This document shows, piece by piece, positions 54,830 to 63,401 of a stretch of DNA of 64,000 bases; the first letter of the stretch is position 1; every line of letters starts with the position of its first letter. The DNA is taken from NCBI GenBank assembly GCA_003962975.1, contig RXKC01000003.1:50890-114889 (forward strand). The letters are read 5' to 3'. The notes beneath the pieces are model-generated. The model saw only the letters and a program-made list of their open reading frames with translations. It did no database searches and was not told the DNA's origin. Position numbers and translations under genes: made by a program. Source of the stretch: Candidatus Saccharimonadota bacterium. Its GTDB lineage: Bacteria > Patescibacteriota > Saccharimonadia > Saccharimonadales > AWTP1-31.

Positions 54830-56038
54830 ATGTCTTATTCATATCGTTCCACGCGCAGCTCTGCTCGTGGTAGCGGCCGCCGTCCTGGTGGTCAACAAAA
54901 CCGAAACCGCAGCCGCGGTGGTGGTGGGAACCGTCAATATATTGACCCAAGCCGTTTTATCAAAGTCGCTAATCCCGTCGAAACTCAGTCGTACGAACCG
55001 CTGAACGCTTTTACAGATTTCGCCTTGCCTCAGCTTTTGCAAGATAACCTCGCTAAGCTTGGCTACAAATTACCTTCGCCTATTCAAGATCAAGCTATCC
55101 CAGTTGCTCTAACTGGTAAAGATGTTATTGGTATTGCTAGTACTGGTACCGGCAAAACTGCCGCTTTTGGTTTGCCTGTGTTGGCGCGTCTATTGGCAGA
55201 CCGCAAGTCAGCTGCCCTGATTGTAGCGCCAACCCGTGAACTCGCTCAGCAAATTGAAGCCGAGCTACGCAAGATCGCTCGTGGTAGCGGTCTAACCGGT
55301 GCTGTACTTATTGGTGGCACAAGCATGGGCCCACAGCTGCGTGATTTGCGTGCAAAACCCCGTGTCGTCATTGGCACACCTGGGCGCATCAAAGACCACC
55401 TAGAGCGAGGCACACTGAATCTACAGAACTTTACTATGGTGGTGCTCGACGAAGTTGATCGCATGCTCGACATGGGCTTCGTCAATGATGTTACTGACAT
55501 CCTAAGTCAATTTGGTGGCGAACGACAGTCCTTCTTTTTCTCGGCCACTATGGACGAGCGCGTACGCAAACTGATCACCGTCTTTACAGAGAACCCAGTC
55601 ACTATTGCCCTCAAAGCAAGTTCTGCCAGCGAGAATGTTCACCAGGATGTCGTCAAATTCCAAAGTCATAATGAAAAGCTTGATAAGCTGCACGATATTC
55701 TTATTCGTGATGAAGTTTCTAAGGCTATCATCTTTGATGAGACACAGCGCAGCGTCGAACGTCTCAGCAACGAGCTGGTTGCTCGTGGCTTCCAGGCTGA
55801 ATCGTTACACGGTGGTAAGTCACAAGGTCAACGTCAGCGTGCTTTAGCTAAGTTCAAGAAAAGTGAAGTGCGTGTATTGGTTGCAACTGATGTTGCCGCA
55901 CGTGGTATCGACATTGTGGACATCACTCACGTGGTTAACTATTCTGTACCAAAAGTTTACGACGACTATATCCACCGTATCGGCCGTGCAGGTCGAGCAG
56001 GTAAAGTTGGCTACGCACTAACGTTTGTTGGCAAATAA
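54830..56038 (+). CDS. DEAD-box ATP-dependent RNA helicase (DEVD variant) with Arg/Gly-rich N-terminal extension
   Basis: Q motif region, ASTGTGKTAAF, PTRELA, VLDEVDRML, SAT and HRIGRAGRAG. The N-terminus reads RSSARGSGRRPGGQQNRNRSRGGGGNR. Confidence 0.92.
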   Translation: MSYSYRSTRSSARGSGRRPGGQQNRNRSRGGGGNRQYIDPSRFIKVANPVETQSYEPLNAFTDFALPQLLQDNLAKLGYKLPSPIQDQAIPVALTGKDVIGIASTGTGKTAAFGLPVLARLLADRKSAALIVAPTRELAQQIEAELRKIARGSGLTGAVLIGGTSMGPQLRDLRAKPRVVIGTPGRIKDHLERGTLNLQNFTMVVLDEVDRMLDMGFVNDVTDILSQFGGERQSFFFSATMDERVRKLITVFTENPVTIALKASSASENVHQDVVKFQSHNEKLDKLHDILIRDEVSKAIIFDETQRSVERLSNELVARGFQAESLHGGKSQGQRQRALAKFKKSEVRVLVATDVAARGIDIVDITHVVNYSVPKVYDDYIHRIGRAGRAGKVGYALTFVGK

Positions 56039-56050
56039 CAAGGAGGGGTT

Positions 56051-56110
56051 ATGTCTAAAGATAAAGGACGTAAAGAAGTTAAAAAGCCAAAACAGAAAAA
56101 AGTAGTCTAA
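56051..56110 (+). CDS. possible 19-aa lysine-rich micro-protein
   Basis: MSKDKGRKEVKKPKQKKVV. The ATG lies 4 nt after AAGGAGGGG. It sits in the 74-nt gap after the helicase gene. Confidence 0.3.
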   Translation: MSKDKGRKEVKKPKQKKVV

Positions 56111-56112
56111 AC

Positions 56113-56361
56113 GTGTCTGTACAGAAAAAGGCCGACGCCTTCCTCTCAAGCCTAGCAGGCGCTGAAGTCAGAAAATCACTTGTGGCTATGACAGAAAGCA
56201 CCACCTACAATACTCAGGCTACCTACAGTACTGATAGCACTTTGTATCCTGACAATCTGATTCCCTTTGTTGATAAGCACATGAACTACTTGTCCAAGCA
56301 TCCTGCCACCGACCCTGTGCAGTACTTGGCAAACTTGCGCTTGATGACCAAAGTACGTTAG
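56113..56361 (+). CDS. hypothetical protein (82 aa, GTG start)
   Basis: ORF only. Confidence 0.45.
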   Translation: MSVQKKADAFLSSLAGAEVRKSLVAMTESTTYNTQATYSTDSTLYPDNLIPFVDKHMNYLSKHPATDPVQYLANLRLMTKVR

Positions 56362-56402
56362 TTTCGAGAGCTCAAGCCGGCAATGTTTGCTATGATACTT
56401 AC

Positions 56403-56834
56403 ATGCCTTCTCGTCGTTCTACATCCCATCGCAAATTAATCTTCCTCATAGCTGGGGCAGTGATTGTATTGTCAGTAACTGGCTGGTTCCTCCTGAAAGA
56501 CAAGAAGAACTCAGATGCCGCACAAACAACACCTCAGACTCAGAACGGCACCACGTGCGACGACATTTATAGCACGACATATCAGTCAGTTGAAATGCAC
56601 GAAATGGGTCGAAGCGTTACGCTCGAGGAATCGCAAGGCTACTGGAAAATAGTCTTTACCAATTCCGACTATATCTGGACACATTCCGATATGGTCACCC
56701 GAGGTACGTTTACTTGTAAGGACGGCGTTATTACCGCAAAAGACGCTGGTGGTGGTGATTTTGAGGCTCGTTTTGATACTGAAAGCGGTGAGTTGATCTG
56801 GGGCAGTGAACGCTACATAAAAGAGAAGCAGTAG
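56403..56834 (+). CDS. N-terminally anchored extracytoplasmic protein, unknown function
   Basis: TM helix LIFLIAGAVIVLSVTGWFLL. Confidence 0.5.
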   Translation: MPSRRSTSHRKLIFLIAGAVIVLSVTGWFLLKDKKNSDAAQTTPQTQNGTTCDDIYSTTYQSVEMHEMGRSVTLEESQGYWKIVFTNSDYIWTHSDMVTRGTFTCKDGVITAKDAGGGDFEARFDTESGELIWGSERYIKEKQ

Positions 56835-58289
56835 TTGAAGCGTACCCTCAGCAAACTAGATGCCTACCAAGCGATTGCGTTTATAACCGGCTTTGGCCTC
56901 CTAACCTATGAATTAATAGCTTCACGCCTATTAGCTCCAACCATTGGAAGCTCAATTTATGTTTGGACAAGTGTTATTGGAGTAATCATTGCAGCCCTGT
57001 CTCTTGGCTATACCATTGGCGGATCACTGGCAGACAAACGCACCGACCCACTGGACATTAGCTGGTTGCTCATCATGTCTTCTGCAGGCGTGCTGACAAC
57101 GCTGATTCTGTCGCCTGTCATACTGAGCGCCGTTACGGTATTATTCGCTGATCCGAGATTGCAAGGTTTGTTCGCTTCGTTATTATTGTTTGCGCCAACT
57201 AGTTTTGTATTGGGCATGATCAGCCCATACCTGGCAAAGCTAAAAAATGTGTCGCTCAAGACAACTGGTTCAACCATTGCTTCGCTGAGCGCGCTCAATG
57301 CTATGGGCAGTATAACTGGCACTTTTTTGACCGGCTTTATATTTATGGCCTACATTGGATCTAGTGAAACACTCATCCTTGTGTGTCTTACGCTACTGGC
57401 AAGTAGCTGGCTAATTCTGCCTCGCAGCTTACAGCAGCCACGACTAGCCGCTTCTGCCATTGTGATATTAATTGCTGTTTTAGCTCAGGTAGGCGCGATT
57501 ACATCCACGAGTGCGATCACTATAGACACACCTACTTCCAGCTATGAACTGATTGATGCTACTATTGCCGGTCGTGATGTTCGTGTTCTTTCTTCTGGTC
57601 CAGGAGCCTACCAGTCCGGCATTTTTTTAGATAAAGATCCGTCACTGGTTTTTGCGTATACAAAAACACTCGCTAAAGTTGTAGACGAAGCTCCAAAAAA
57701 GGAGCGCATTCTGGTGCTGGGCGGCGGAGCCTACACCCTGCCACAACACCTGGCACGCGCTTATCCGAAAGCCCGGATAGACGTGGTCGAAATCGATGCC
57801 AAACTTGCTTCGGTTGCTCGTAAGCATTTTGATTACAATCCGCCAGCAAACATAACTGACTACCATCTGGATGCACGCGCATTTCTTAACCAAACAGATA
57901 ATACCTACGACGTTGTCCTGGTTGATGTGTTTAGCGACACACAGATTCCATTTTCAGTCACCACAGCTCAGTATGGTCAGCAACTGCGACGTATCCTGAA
58001 CCCAGAAGGCACAGTCGTCACAAACTTTATTGGCACAAACAATGGTGCCTGCAGCCAACTGCTCGGCTCAATCTACAAGACGTACCGTCAGAACTTTGCA
58101 ACCGGTAAAATACTCCCGCTTGGTGACGAGGCAATGACTAACAGTCAAAATATCATTATGGCATTTAGTCAGACCGAACTTGCTTGGTTAAAGAATGGTT
58201 GGAGAGACTACGAACCATCAAGCGCAAGCTTAGTGCTACGTGATAATTTTGCACCAGTCGAACAGTTGCAGGCTCGTTGCCCAGCGTAA
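56835..58289 (+). CDS. fused membrane / spermidine-synthase-like protein (degenerate paralog, TTG start)
   Basis: ~7 N-terminal TM helices, then ILVLGGGAYTLPQHLARAY, IDVVEIDAKL and DVVLVDVFSD. The Asp of the GGGDG motif is replaced. Confidence 0.7.
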   Translation: MKRTLSKLDAYQAIAFITGFGLLTYELIASRLLAPTIGSSIYVWTSVIGVIIAALSLGYTIGGSLADKRTDPLDISWLLIMSSAGVLTTLILSPVILSAVTVLFADPRLQGLFASLLLFAPTSFVLGMISPYLAKLKNVSLKTTGSTIASLSALNAMGSITGTFLTGFIFMAYIGSSETLILVCLTLLASSWLILPRSLQQPRLAASAIVILIAVLAQVGAITSTSAITIDTPTSSYELIDATIAGRDVRVLSSGPGAYQSGIFLDKDPSLVFAYTKTLAKVVDEAPKKERILVLGGGAYTLPQHLARAYPKARIDVVEIDAKLASVARKHFDYNPPANITDYHLDARAFLNQTDNTYDVVLVDVFSDTQIPFSVTTAQYGQQLRRILNPEGTVVTNFIGTNNGACSQLLGSIYKTYRQNFATGKILPLGDEAMTNSQNIIMAFSQTELAWLKNGWRDYEPSSASLVLRDNFAPVEQLQARCPA

Positions 58290-59453
58290 CTATTTCTTGA
58301 TTGTGCCTTGCCAGAAGACATGGGCGTTGTAGACAGCGTTACCGGCACTTGTGCGCCAGGCGCCAAAGCCATAGAAGTTGTAGGCTGGGTCAAGTATGTT
58401 GTTTCTGTGACCAGGACTATTCCAGTAAGCATCCATGACGATACGAGCAGCGTTTTCAGTAGCTGGTCTGTCGGCACCGACAGGAATACCAACCACACCG
58501 ACGTTCTCACCAATTTTCATCCAAGTGTTACCGCAGAACTGTACTGGCAGGTGAGCAATAGGACTGCTGTGCTGTAGCACATTGCGAGCAGCTAGTTGTC
58601 GCGCCCACTCACGAGCCGCGATGTCTAGACAAGTTATTCTGGTCATGGCTGCACGACCGGCTCCCACCCGCATTTCGATAAAGCGAATTGCGAGAGCGTT
58701 TTCGTGATCAACATCCATTGCATAGTAATTTACCGCTGGTACAGGGGTTGGCGCTGGCGCACCCGGTGCAGGTGCAGAGCCACCGGCATGAGCTGTTGGC
58801 ACAACTGCATTTGCTAGTCGGTTTGCCAAGCTTGGATTGTTCTTTCGTTCCATCGAAGTCTTGGCATGGGGAACAATCAGATCCCACTGCGGTAGGTCAG
58901 AATCTTGTATAGCTTCGCCTGTCACGCCACATAGTCCCTCTAGATAGGCAACTGTCTCGAGGAAGAGAGGACTTTCTTGGTCAGGTGTGTAGATGTCTGA
59001 ATTCTCTTCGAGGCCCATGTCTCGAATAAAGATACCACGGTAATCGTTGACCAGAGCTGTTTGGTTATTGGCATCTGTCCCCGCAGGTAATTTCTCGCTC
59101 TTGGCTCGGTCTATAAGACTAATAACGCCTTGGCGCTCGGTGTCAGAGAGTTTTCGCAGAGTGACTGAACCTTTGTCTTCAGGCGTACAGTACAAATTGG
59201 CTGTCTTTGAAACATCAATGGTACGCGGCCGGGAGGTATACTCTCTGATGCCATTTTCATCTTGAGTGATAGAAACTGGCTTTTCATTCACATAACTCAT
59301 GGCAATGTTGCCCTTTGCTACGAACTCGGCACGGTAGTCAGTAGCAGCATTAGCATAGACTATGATCGAACCAATACCGATAACAGCGAGCATAACTGCC
59401 CAGAAGGATTTTTTTGTATAACGTGGTGTTTGTTTTTGAATGCGCGACGGCAT
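58290..59453 (-). CDS. secreted CAP/SCP (PR-1-like, YkwD-type) domain protein
   Basis: Leader MPSRIQKQTPRYTKKSFWAVMLAVIGIGSIIVYANA. The C-terminal domain reads AAREWARQLAARNVLQHS...ENVG...MDAYWNSPGHRNNIL...FGFGAW. Confidence 0.7.
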   Translation of the reverse strand: MPSRIQKQTPRYTKKSFWAVMLAVIGIGSIIVYANAATDYRAEFVAKGNIAMSYVNEKPVSITQDENGIREYTSRPRTIDVSKTANLYCTPEDKGSVTLRKLSDTERQGVISLIDRAKSEKLPAGTDANNQTALVNDYRGIFIRDMGLEENSDIYTPDQESPLFLETVAYLEGLCGVTGEAIQDSDLPQWDLIVPHAKTSMERKNNPSLANRLANAVVPTAHAGGSAPAPGAPAPTPVPAVNYYAMDVDHENALAIRFIEMRVGAGRAAMTRITCLDIAAREWARQLAARNVLQHSSPIAHLPVQFCGNTWMKIGENVGVVGIPVGADRPATENAARIVMDAYWNSPGHRNNILDPAYNFYGFGAWRTSAGNAVYNAHVFWQGTIKK

Positions 59454-59532
59454 ACTGCTTGTCCTTATTTATGCCCCAAGCATATCAGAGAGCAGGGATG
59501 TAATGCAACTTAGCCCATATAAACTTCGCACA

Positions 59533-59560
59533 CAAAAGCCCATCGATAATGACGGGCTTC
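59533..59560 (-). terminator. rho-independent terminator after the KGG micro-protein gene
   Basis: Minus strand: AAGCCCGTC-ATTATC-GATGGGCTT followed by TTTGTGTG. Confidence 0.6.
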
Positions 59561-59583
59561 TGCATGAGACTTTACAAGTTACT

Positions 59584-59703
59584 TTATGACTGCTGATCAG
59601 TCATTTTAATCGGTCCACGGCGGCTGGCCTGACCTCCCTTGCGCGCAATTTCCCTCTGCTTTTCCTTGCTCATTGCTGCGAAACCACGTTTTGCTTGTGC
59701 CAT
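59584..59703 (-). CDS. KGG-repeat small stress protein (39 aa)
   Basis: MAQAKRGFAAMSKEKQREIARKGGQASRRGPIKMTDQQS. An AGGAGG RBS lies 7 nt upstream. The RGFA..M....REIA.KGG pattern marks the KGG / general-stress family. Confidence 0.6.
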   Translation of the reverse strand: MAQAKRGFAAMSKEKQREIARKGGQASRRGPIKMTDQQS

Positions 59704-59840
59704 AATTGCTCCTCCTTATTACTTTTACCTTACCAGCATAACCATACAGATAACCATGTGCAGTAAACTTTCTTACTTCAAATACTCAGGAATTTACAAG
59801 GCTTAGCTTGCTATACTGGAGTGGTATTAAGGGGAAATGC

Positions 59841-60338
59841 ATGCAACCACAACCAAAAAAGAATACTGCACTTATCGGCCTCATTGCCATTGTCGTACTG
59901 GCCGCACTTGTCGTGGGCACCATAGCACTACAGCCAAAGAAGGACTCGTCACAAAACAGTGACACAAACACCAGCACGAACACCCCATCATCAGACACAG
60001 AAACATCAAATCCTTCCTCAACTACTGAGCAGGAAAGCGGTGAGTATAAAGACGGTACATACAAAGCCACCGGCAGCTACGTATCGCCCGGCGGCAACGA
60101 AGAGATAGATGTCACCATAACAATTGCTGACGGTAAGATCACCGATAGTTCGGTTGCACCACAAGCTGCAACTCGTGAATCATTAGAATACCAAGACGAA
60201 TTTGTGAATGGTTATAAAGAACAAGTAACCGGTAAAGATCTAGCAACTTTGATGCTTGGTAAAGTGTCAGGATCATCCCTGACGTCGAGAGGATTTAATG
60301 AAGCACTCGACCAAATTCGCAGCCAAGCCAAAATCTAA
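59841..60338 (+). CDS. membrane-anchored FMN-binding-domain protein (predicted ApbE substrate)
   Basis: TM anchor LIGLIAIVVLAALVVGTIAL, YKDGTYKATGSYVSPGGNEEIDVTITIADGKITD, and the flavinylation-type motif VSGSSLTS (compare D..SGAT). Confidence 0.65.
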   Translation: MQPQPKKNTALIGLIAIVVLAALVVGTIALQPKKDSSQNSDTNTSTNTPSSDTETSNPSSTTEQESGEYKDGTYKATGSYVSPGGNEEIDVTITIADGKITDSSVAPQAATRESLEYQDEFVNGYKEQVTGKDLATLMLGKVSGSSLTSRGFNEALDQIRSQAKI

Positions 60339-61209
60339 TATTCAGCTCGACTTCGAGGCCATTGGCACCATGTGGGCCGTACAGCTCGCTGCACCAGCAG
60401 AACATGCACAGCGAATTAGCAAACTGATCGCTGACCGCATTAGTCTTTTTGATCGCACTTATTCCCGCTTTCGTCCTGATTCGTGGGTACAGCAATGTAG
60501 TCAGCCAAGTCGATACAGAACCCCTGCCGACTTTGCACCACTTTTTGAGCTATACCAACAACTAAATGAACTTACGGATGGCGCCGTGACGCCGCTGATT
60601 GGCGACGTACTAGAAAGGGCAGGGTACGACCAAAATTACAGCCTCGAACCAAAAGCGCTGCAGCAAATTCCGTCCATGCCAGAAGCACTTGAACTCATTG
60701 ATAATACTTTACATGTTAAGTATAAAGTATGTTTAGACTTTGGCGCTGCTGGCAAAGGATACTTAGTTGATATCATCGCCGCGCTACTCATTAAGGAGGA
60801 TATTACCGAATTTTATATAGACGCCGGTGGAGATATCTACCATAACTTCCCTACTCCCACCCCTGTTGGCCTCGAGGACCCAGCCGACAGCACTAAAGTT
60901 GTTGGTATTGCTAAATTGCAGGCCGCCAGCCTGTGCGGATCTGCCGGCAACCGACGGCAATGGGCCGGACTACACCACATTTTTGACCCCCGCAGCCTGC
61001 AACCAACCGATACTATTGAGGCTGTTTGGGTACTTATACCTCATAGTTCAGACATAACTTATCCAACTATGCTGGCCGACGGGCTGTCGACTGCCCTATT
61101 CTTTAGCAAGCCATCCTTACTAGAAAACAGCTTCGCGTTTGAATATGTCATACTGTCTACAGACAAAAGTGCGTATACCTCAAAACACTTTCCAGGAGGA
61201 TTAGCATGA
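60298..61209 (+). CDS. apbE: FAD:protein FMN transferase ApbE
   Basis: FEAIGTMWAVQL, FGAAGKGYLVD, IDAGGDI and HHIFDPRS. Confidence 0.85.
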   Translation: MKHSTKFAAKPKSNIQLDFEAIGTMWAVQLAAPAEHAQRISKLIADRISLFDRTYSRFRPDSWVQQCSQPSRYRTPADFAPLFELYQQLNELTDGAVTPLIGDVLERAGYDQNYSLEPKALQQIPSMPEALELIDNTLHVKYKVCLDFGAAGKGYLVDIIAALLIKEDITEFYIDAGGDIYHNFPTPTPVGLEDPADSTKVVGIAKLQAASLCGSAGNRRQWAGLHHIFDPRSLQPTDTIEAVWVLIPHSSDITYPTMLADGLSTALFFSKPSLLENSFAFEYVILSTDKSAYTSKHFPGGLA

Positions 61210-62720
61210 AGCAAATCGACCAACTACTAAACCGCATCACCATGTACAAACTGTTGCTATGGGGTTTGCGTGGCTTGTTCGTAATTTCCTGGATATTCAG
61301 TATCGCCGGAGTTTTGCCATATGGTGCAGTGCGTCCCCTTGTAGGTGTCAGTATTTTGCTAGGCATCAGTTTTGCTGCTAACTATATATTTGCCGGGCTA
61401 TACCGGGTTGCTGCCAACAGCGAATCTACCAACATTACTGCCCTGCTTTTGTACTTTATTTTTCAGCCACCCAAAGACGTACGCGAAGCGATTATTCTTG
61501 GTTTAGCTGCCCTTTTAGCTATAGCCTCAAAGTACCTGATCACCAAACACGAGCGACACATATTTAACCCAGCCGCCTTTGCAGCCGTGGTGATTGGTTT
61601 AAGCGGTCTACTGACTTCACGCTGGTGGATTGGCCGTGATACCATGTTTATCTTTGTAATTATCCTGGCTCTTTTAATTGTCAGAAAAATTCACCGTTTT
61701 CCTATGGTCATGGTATTTGGTGCCAGTGCCACAATACTGTTGCTGGTACGCAATGCCGGTGATGCAGCTGCGGCAACACTGCTGCGTGATGCTGTTTTGT
61801 CCTTCCCAATCTTCTTTTTGGGTGGCACCATGCTAACCGAACCTGTCACTACACCACCTCGCCGATACCAGCAAGTTATGTATGGATTATTGGTCGGTCT
61901 GTTATTTAGCTCTGGCCTACATCTTGGTGACCGATTTATGACGCCAGAACTTGCACTGGTTATTGGTAACCTAGCCGTCTGGATAATTGCGACTCGTGGC
62001 AGGCAACCATTAAAGCTTGTTGGCATTGAGACTATTGGTAAGACAATTTTTGAGTACCGATTCAAACCAGTCCGACCACTTGCCTTCAAGCCCGGGCAAT
62101 ATTTAGAGCTGACCCTGCCACTACAAAAAACCGACTTTCGCGGTAATCGCCGAACCTTTACCATTGCCTCGTCGCCGACTGAAGACGAGATACTGTTTGG
62201 CATTAAGCAAGTTGAACCCAGCAGTGCTTTTAAATCAGCATTGGCCAAGCTTGAGTCTGGTCATGAAGTAACCGGCAACAACCTTGCAGGTGATTTTCTT
62301 CTGCCCGATGATCCAAAACAAAAGCTAGTATTTATCGCCGGTGGCATCGGCGTGACACCATTCCGCAGCATGCTAAAGTTTTTGACCGACAACCGCCAAA
62401 CAAGAAACATTGTGCTGTTTTATTGCGTCACAGACCCCAAGCAAATTGTTTACAAAGATATCCTTAATGATGCAAAAGAGTATGGCTTAAAAGTAGTATA
62501 TGTTCTCAACCCTGCTCCCGGCCAAGAAGCACCAGCTAGTTGGAAGGGTGAATTAGGCTTTCTGACGAAAGACCTTATCGCTAAGCATGCGCTCGATTAC
62601 GAGCAACGCACCTTCTATATATCTGGCCCCGATGTCATGGTGCAAGCCAATAAAAAGCTACTGCGCAGTATGGGTATCCAGCGCACAAATATTCGCACTG
62701 ACTATTTCTCGGGCTACTAA
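61206..62720 (+). CDS. polytopic membrane domain fused to FNR-type FAD/NAD(P)H oxidoreductase domain
   Basis: The N-terminal ~250 aa carry ~8 TM helices and GGTMLTEPVTTPP, reminiscent of the NqrB/RnfD TDPxT(S/T)P motif. The C-terminus has FKPGQYLELTLP, RRTFTIASSP and FIAGGIGVTPF. Confidence 0.75.
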   Translation: MKQIDQLLNRITMYKLLLWGLRGLFVISWIFSIAGVLPYGAVRPLVGVSILLGISFAANYIFAGLYRVAANSESTNITALLLYFIFQPPKDVREAIILGLAALLAIASKYLITKHERHIFNPAAFAAVVIGLSGLLTSRWWIGRDTMFIFVIILALLIVRKIHRFPMVMVFGASATILLLVRNAGDAAAATLLRDAVLSFPIFFLGGTMLTEPVTTPPRRYQQVMYGLLVGLLFSSGLHLGDRFMTPELALVIGNLAVWIIATRGRQPLKLVGIETIGKTIFEYRFKPVRPLAFKPGQYLELTLPLQKTDFRGNRRTFTIASSPTEDEILFGIKQVEPSSAFKSALAKLESGHEVTGNNLAGDFLLPDDPKQKLVFIAGGIGVTPFRSMLKFLTDNRQTRNIVLFYCVTDPKQIVYKDILNDAKEYGLKVVYVLNPAPGQEAPASWKGELGFLTKDLIAKHALDYEQRTFYISGPDVMVQANKKLLRSMGIQRTNIRTDYFSGY

Positions 62721-62729
62721 TGCCTGGAC

Positions 62730-63284
62730 TTAAGTAGTTCCTCTGAGCGCAGCAACCGCTCTAACCCAACGACTAGTATGTTGCTGCATCCGCTCTTCGG
62801 CTTCGTATATCAGTTGCATACGAGACCGCGTTCTAGCGGGGTGATCCAACACTGAACAGACTAAACCTATCTGATCTGGATGAGTTACCACAAGTCGCCC
62901 ACCATTCAAGGCTGCGGCAATATAGGCCAGACCACCTTCATCTAGTCTAGGATTTTCAAGCGTTGGATTCCTCAGACTAATAACAGCAACCTGTATCGCT
63001 GAATTTCCTAACTCAGCAAGAACAGCAGGATCATCTCGAAGACGAGGTAATACAAATCGCCCCAGCTCGGCACGGCGCTCAAGCGCAGAAGCATCTGCCC
63101 AGGGTGAGTCCGGGCCTACGCCCAAGTACTGGGCCTCAATGTCAGTAACAGTCAGACCCGCCCCACTCAGCGTGTCTGCACTACCACCGAACGAAAGTAC
63201 TTCATGCCCACGTTGGGCAATTTCACTCACTAGCTCAGGTAGACCTTCTTTGATCGAACTGCTCACCAGCACATTTTGTGTCAT
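62730..63284 (-). CDS. stand-alone MGS-like / PurH-N-terminal-like domain protein
   Basis: VLVSSSIKEGLPELVSEIAQRGHEVLSFGGSADTLSGAGLTVTDIEAQ resembles PurH ALLSVSDKTGIVEFAQAL..RGVELLSTGGTA..L...GL.VTEVSD. AVISLRNPTL aligns to VVVNLYPF. Confidence 0.45.
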   Translation of the reverse strand: MTQNVLVSSSIKEGLPELVSEIAQRGHEVLSFGGSADTLSGAGLTVTDIEAQYLGVGPDSPWADASALERRAELGRFVLPRLRDDPAVLAELGNSAIQVAVISLRNPTLENPRLDEGGLAYIAAALNGGRLVVTHPDQIGLVCSVLDHPARTRSRMQLIYEAEERMQQHTSRWVRAVAALRGTT

Positions 63285-63401
63285 GCAGTCACTCTAACAC
63301 TGGTAATACACAAATAAAAATGCTTACGCTTTGGTTGGAGTTGACACACAGACGTTGATAATACTATACTTTATATAGTATTAAGTTTGAGAGAGGTATG
63401 T

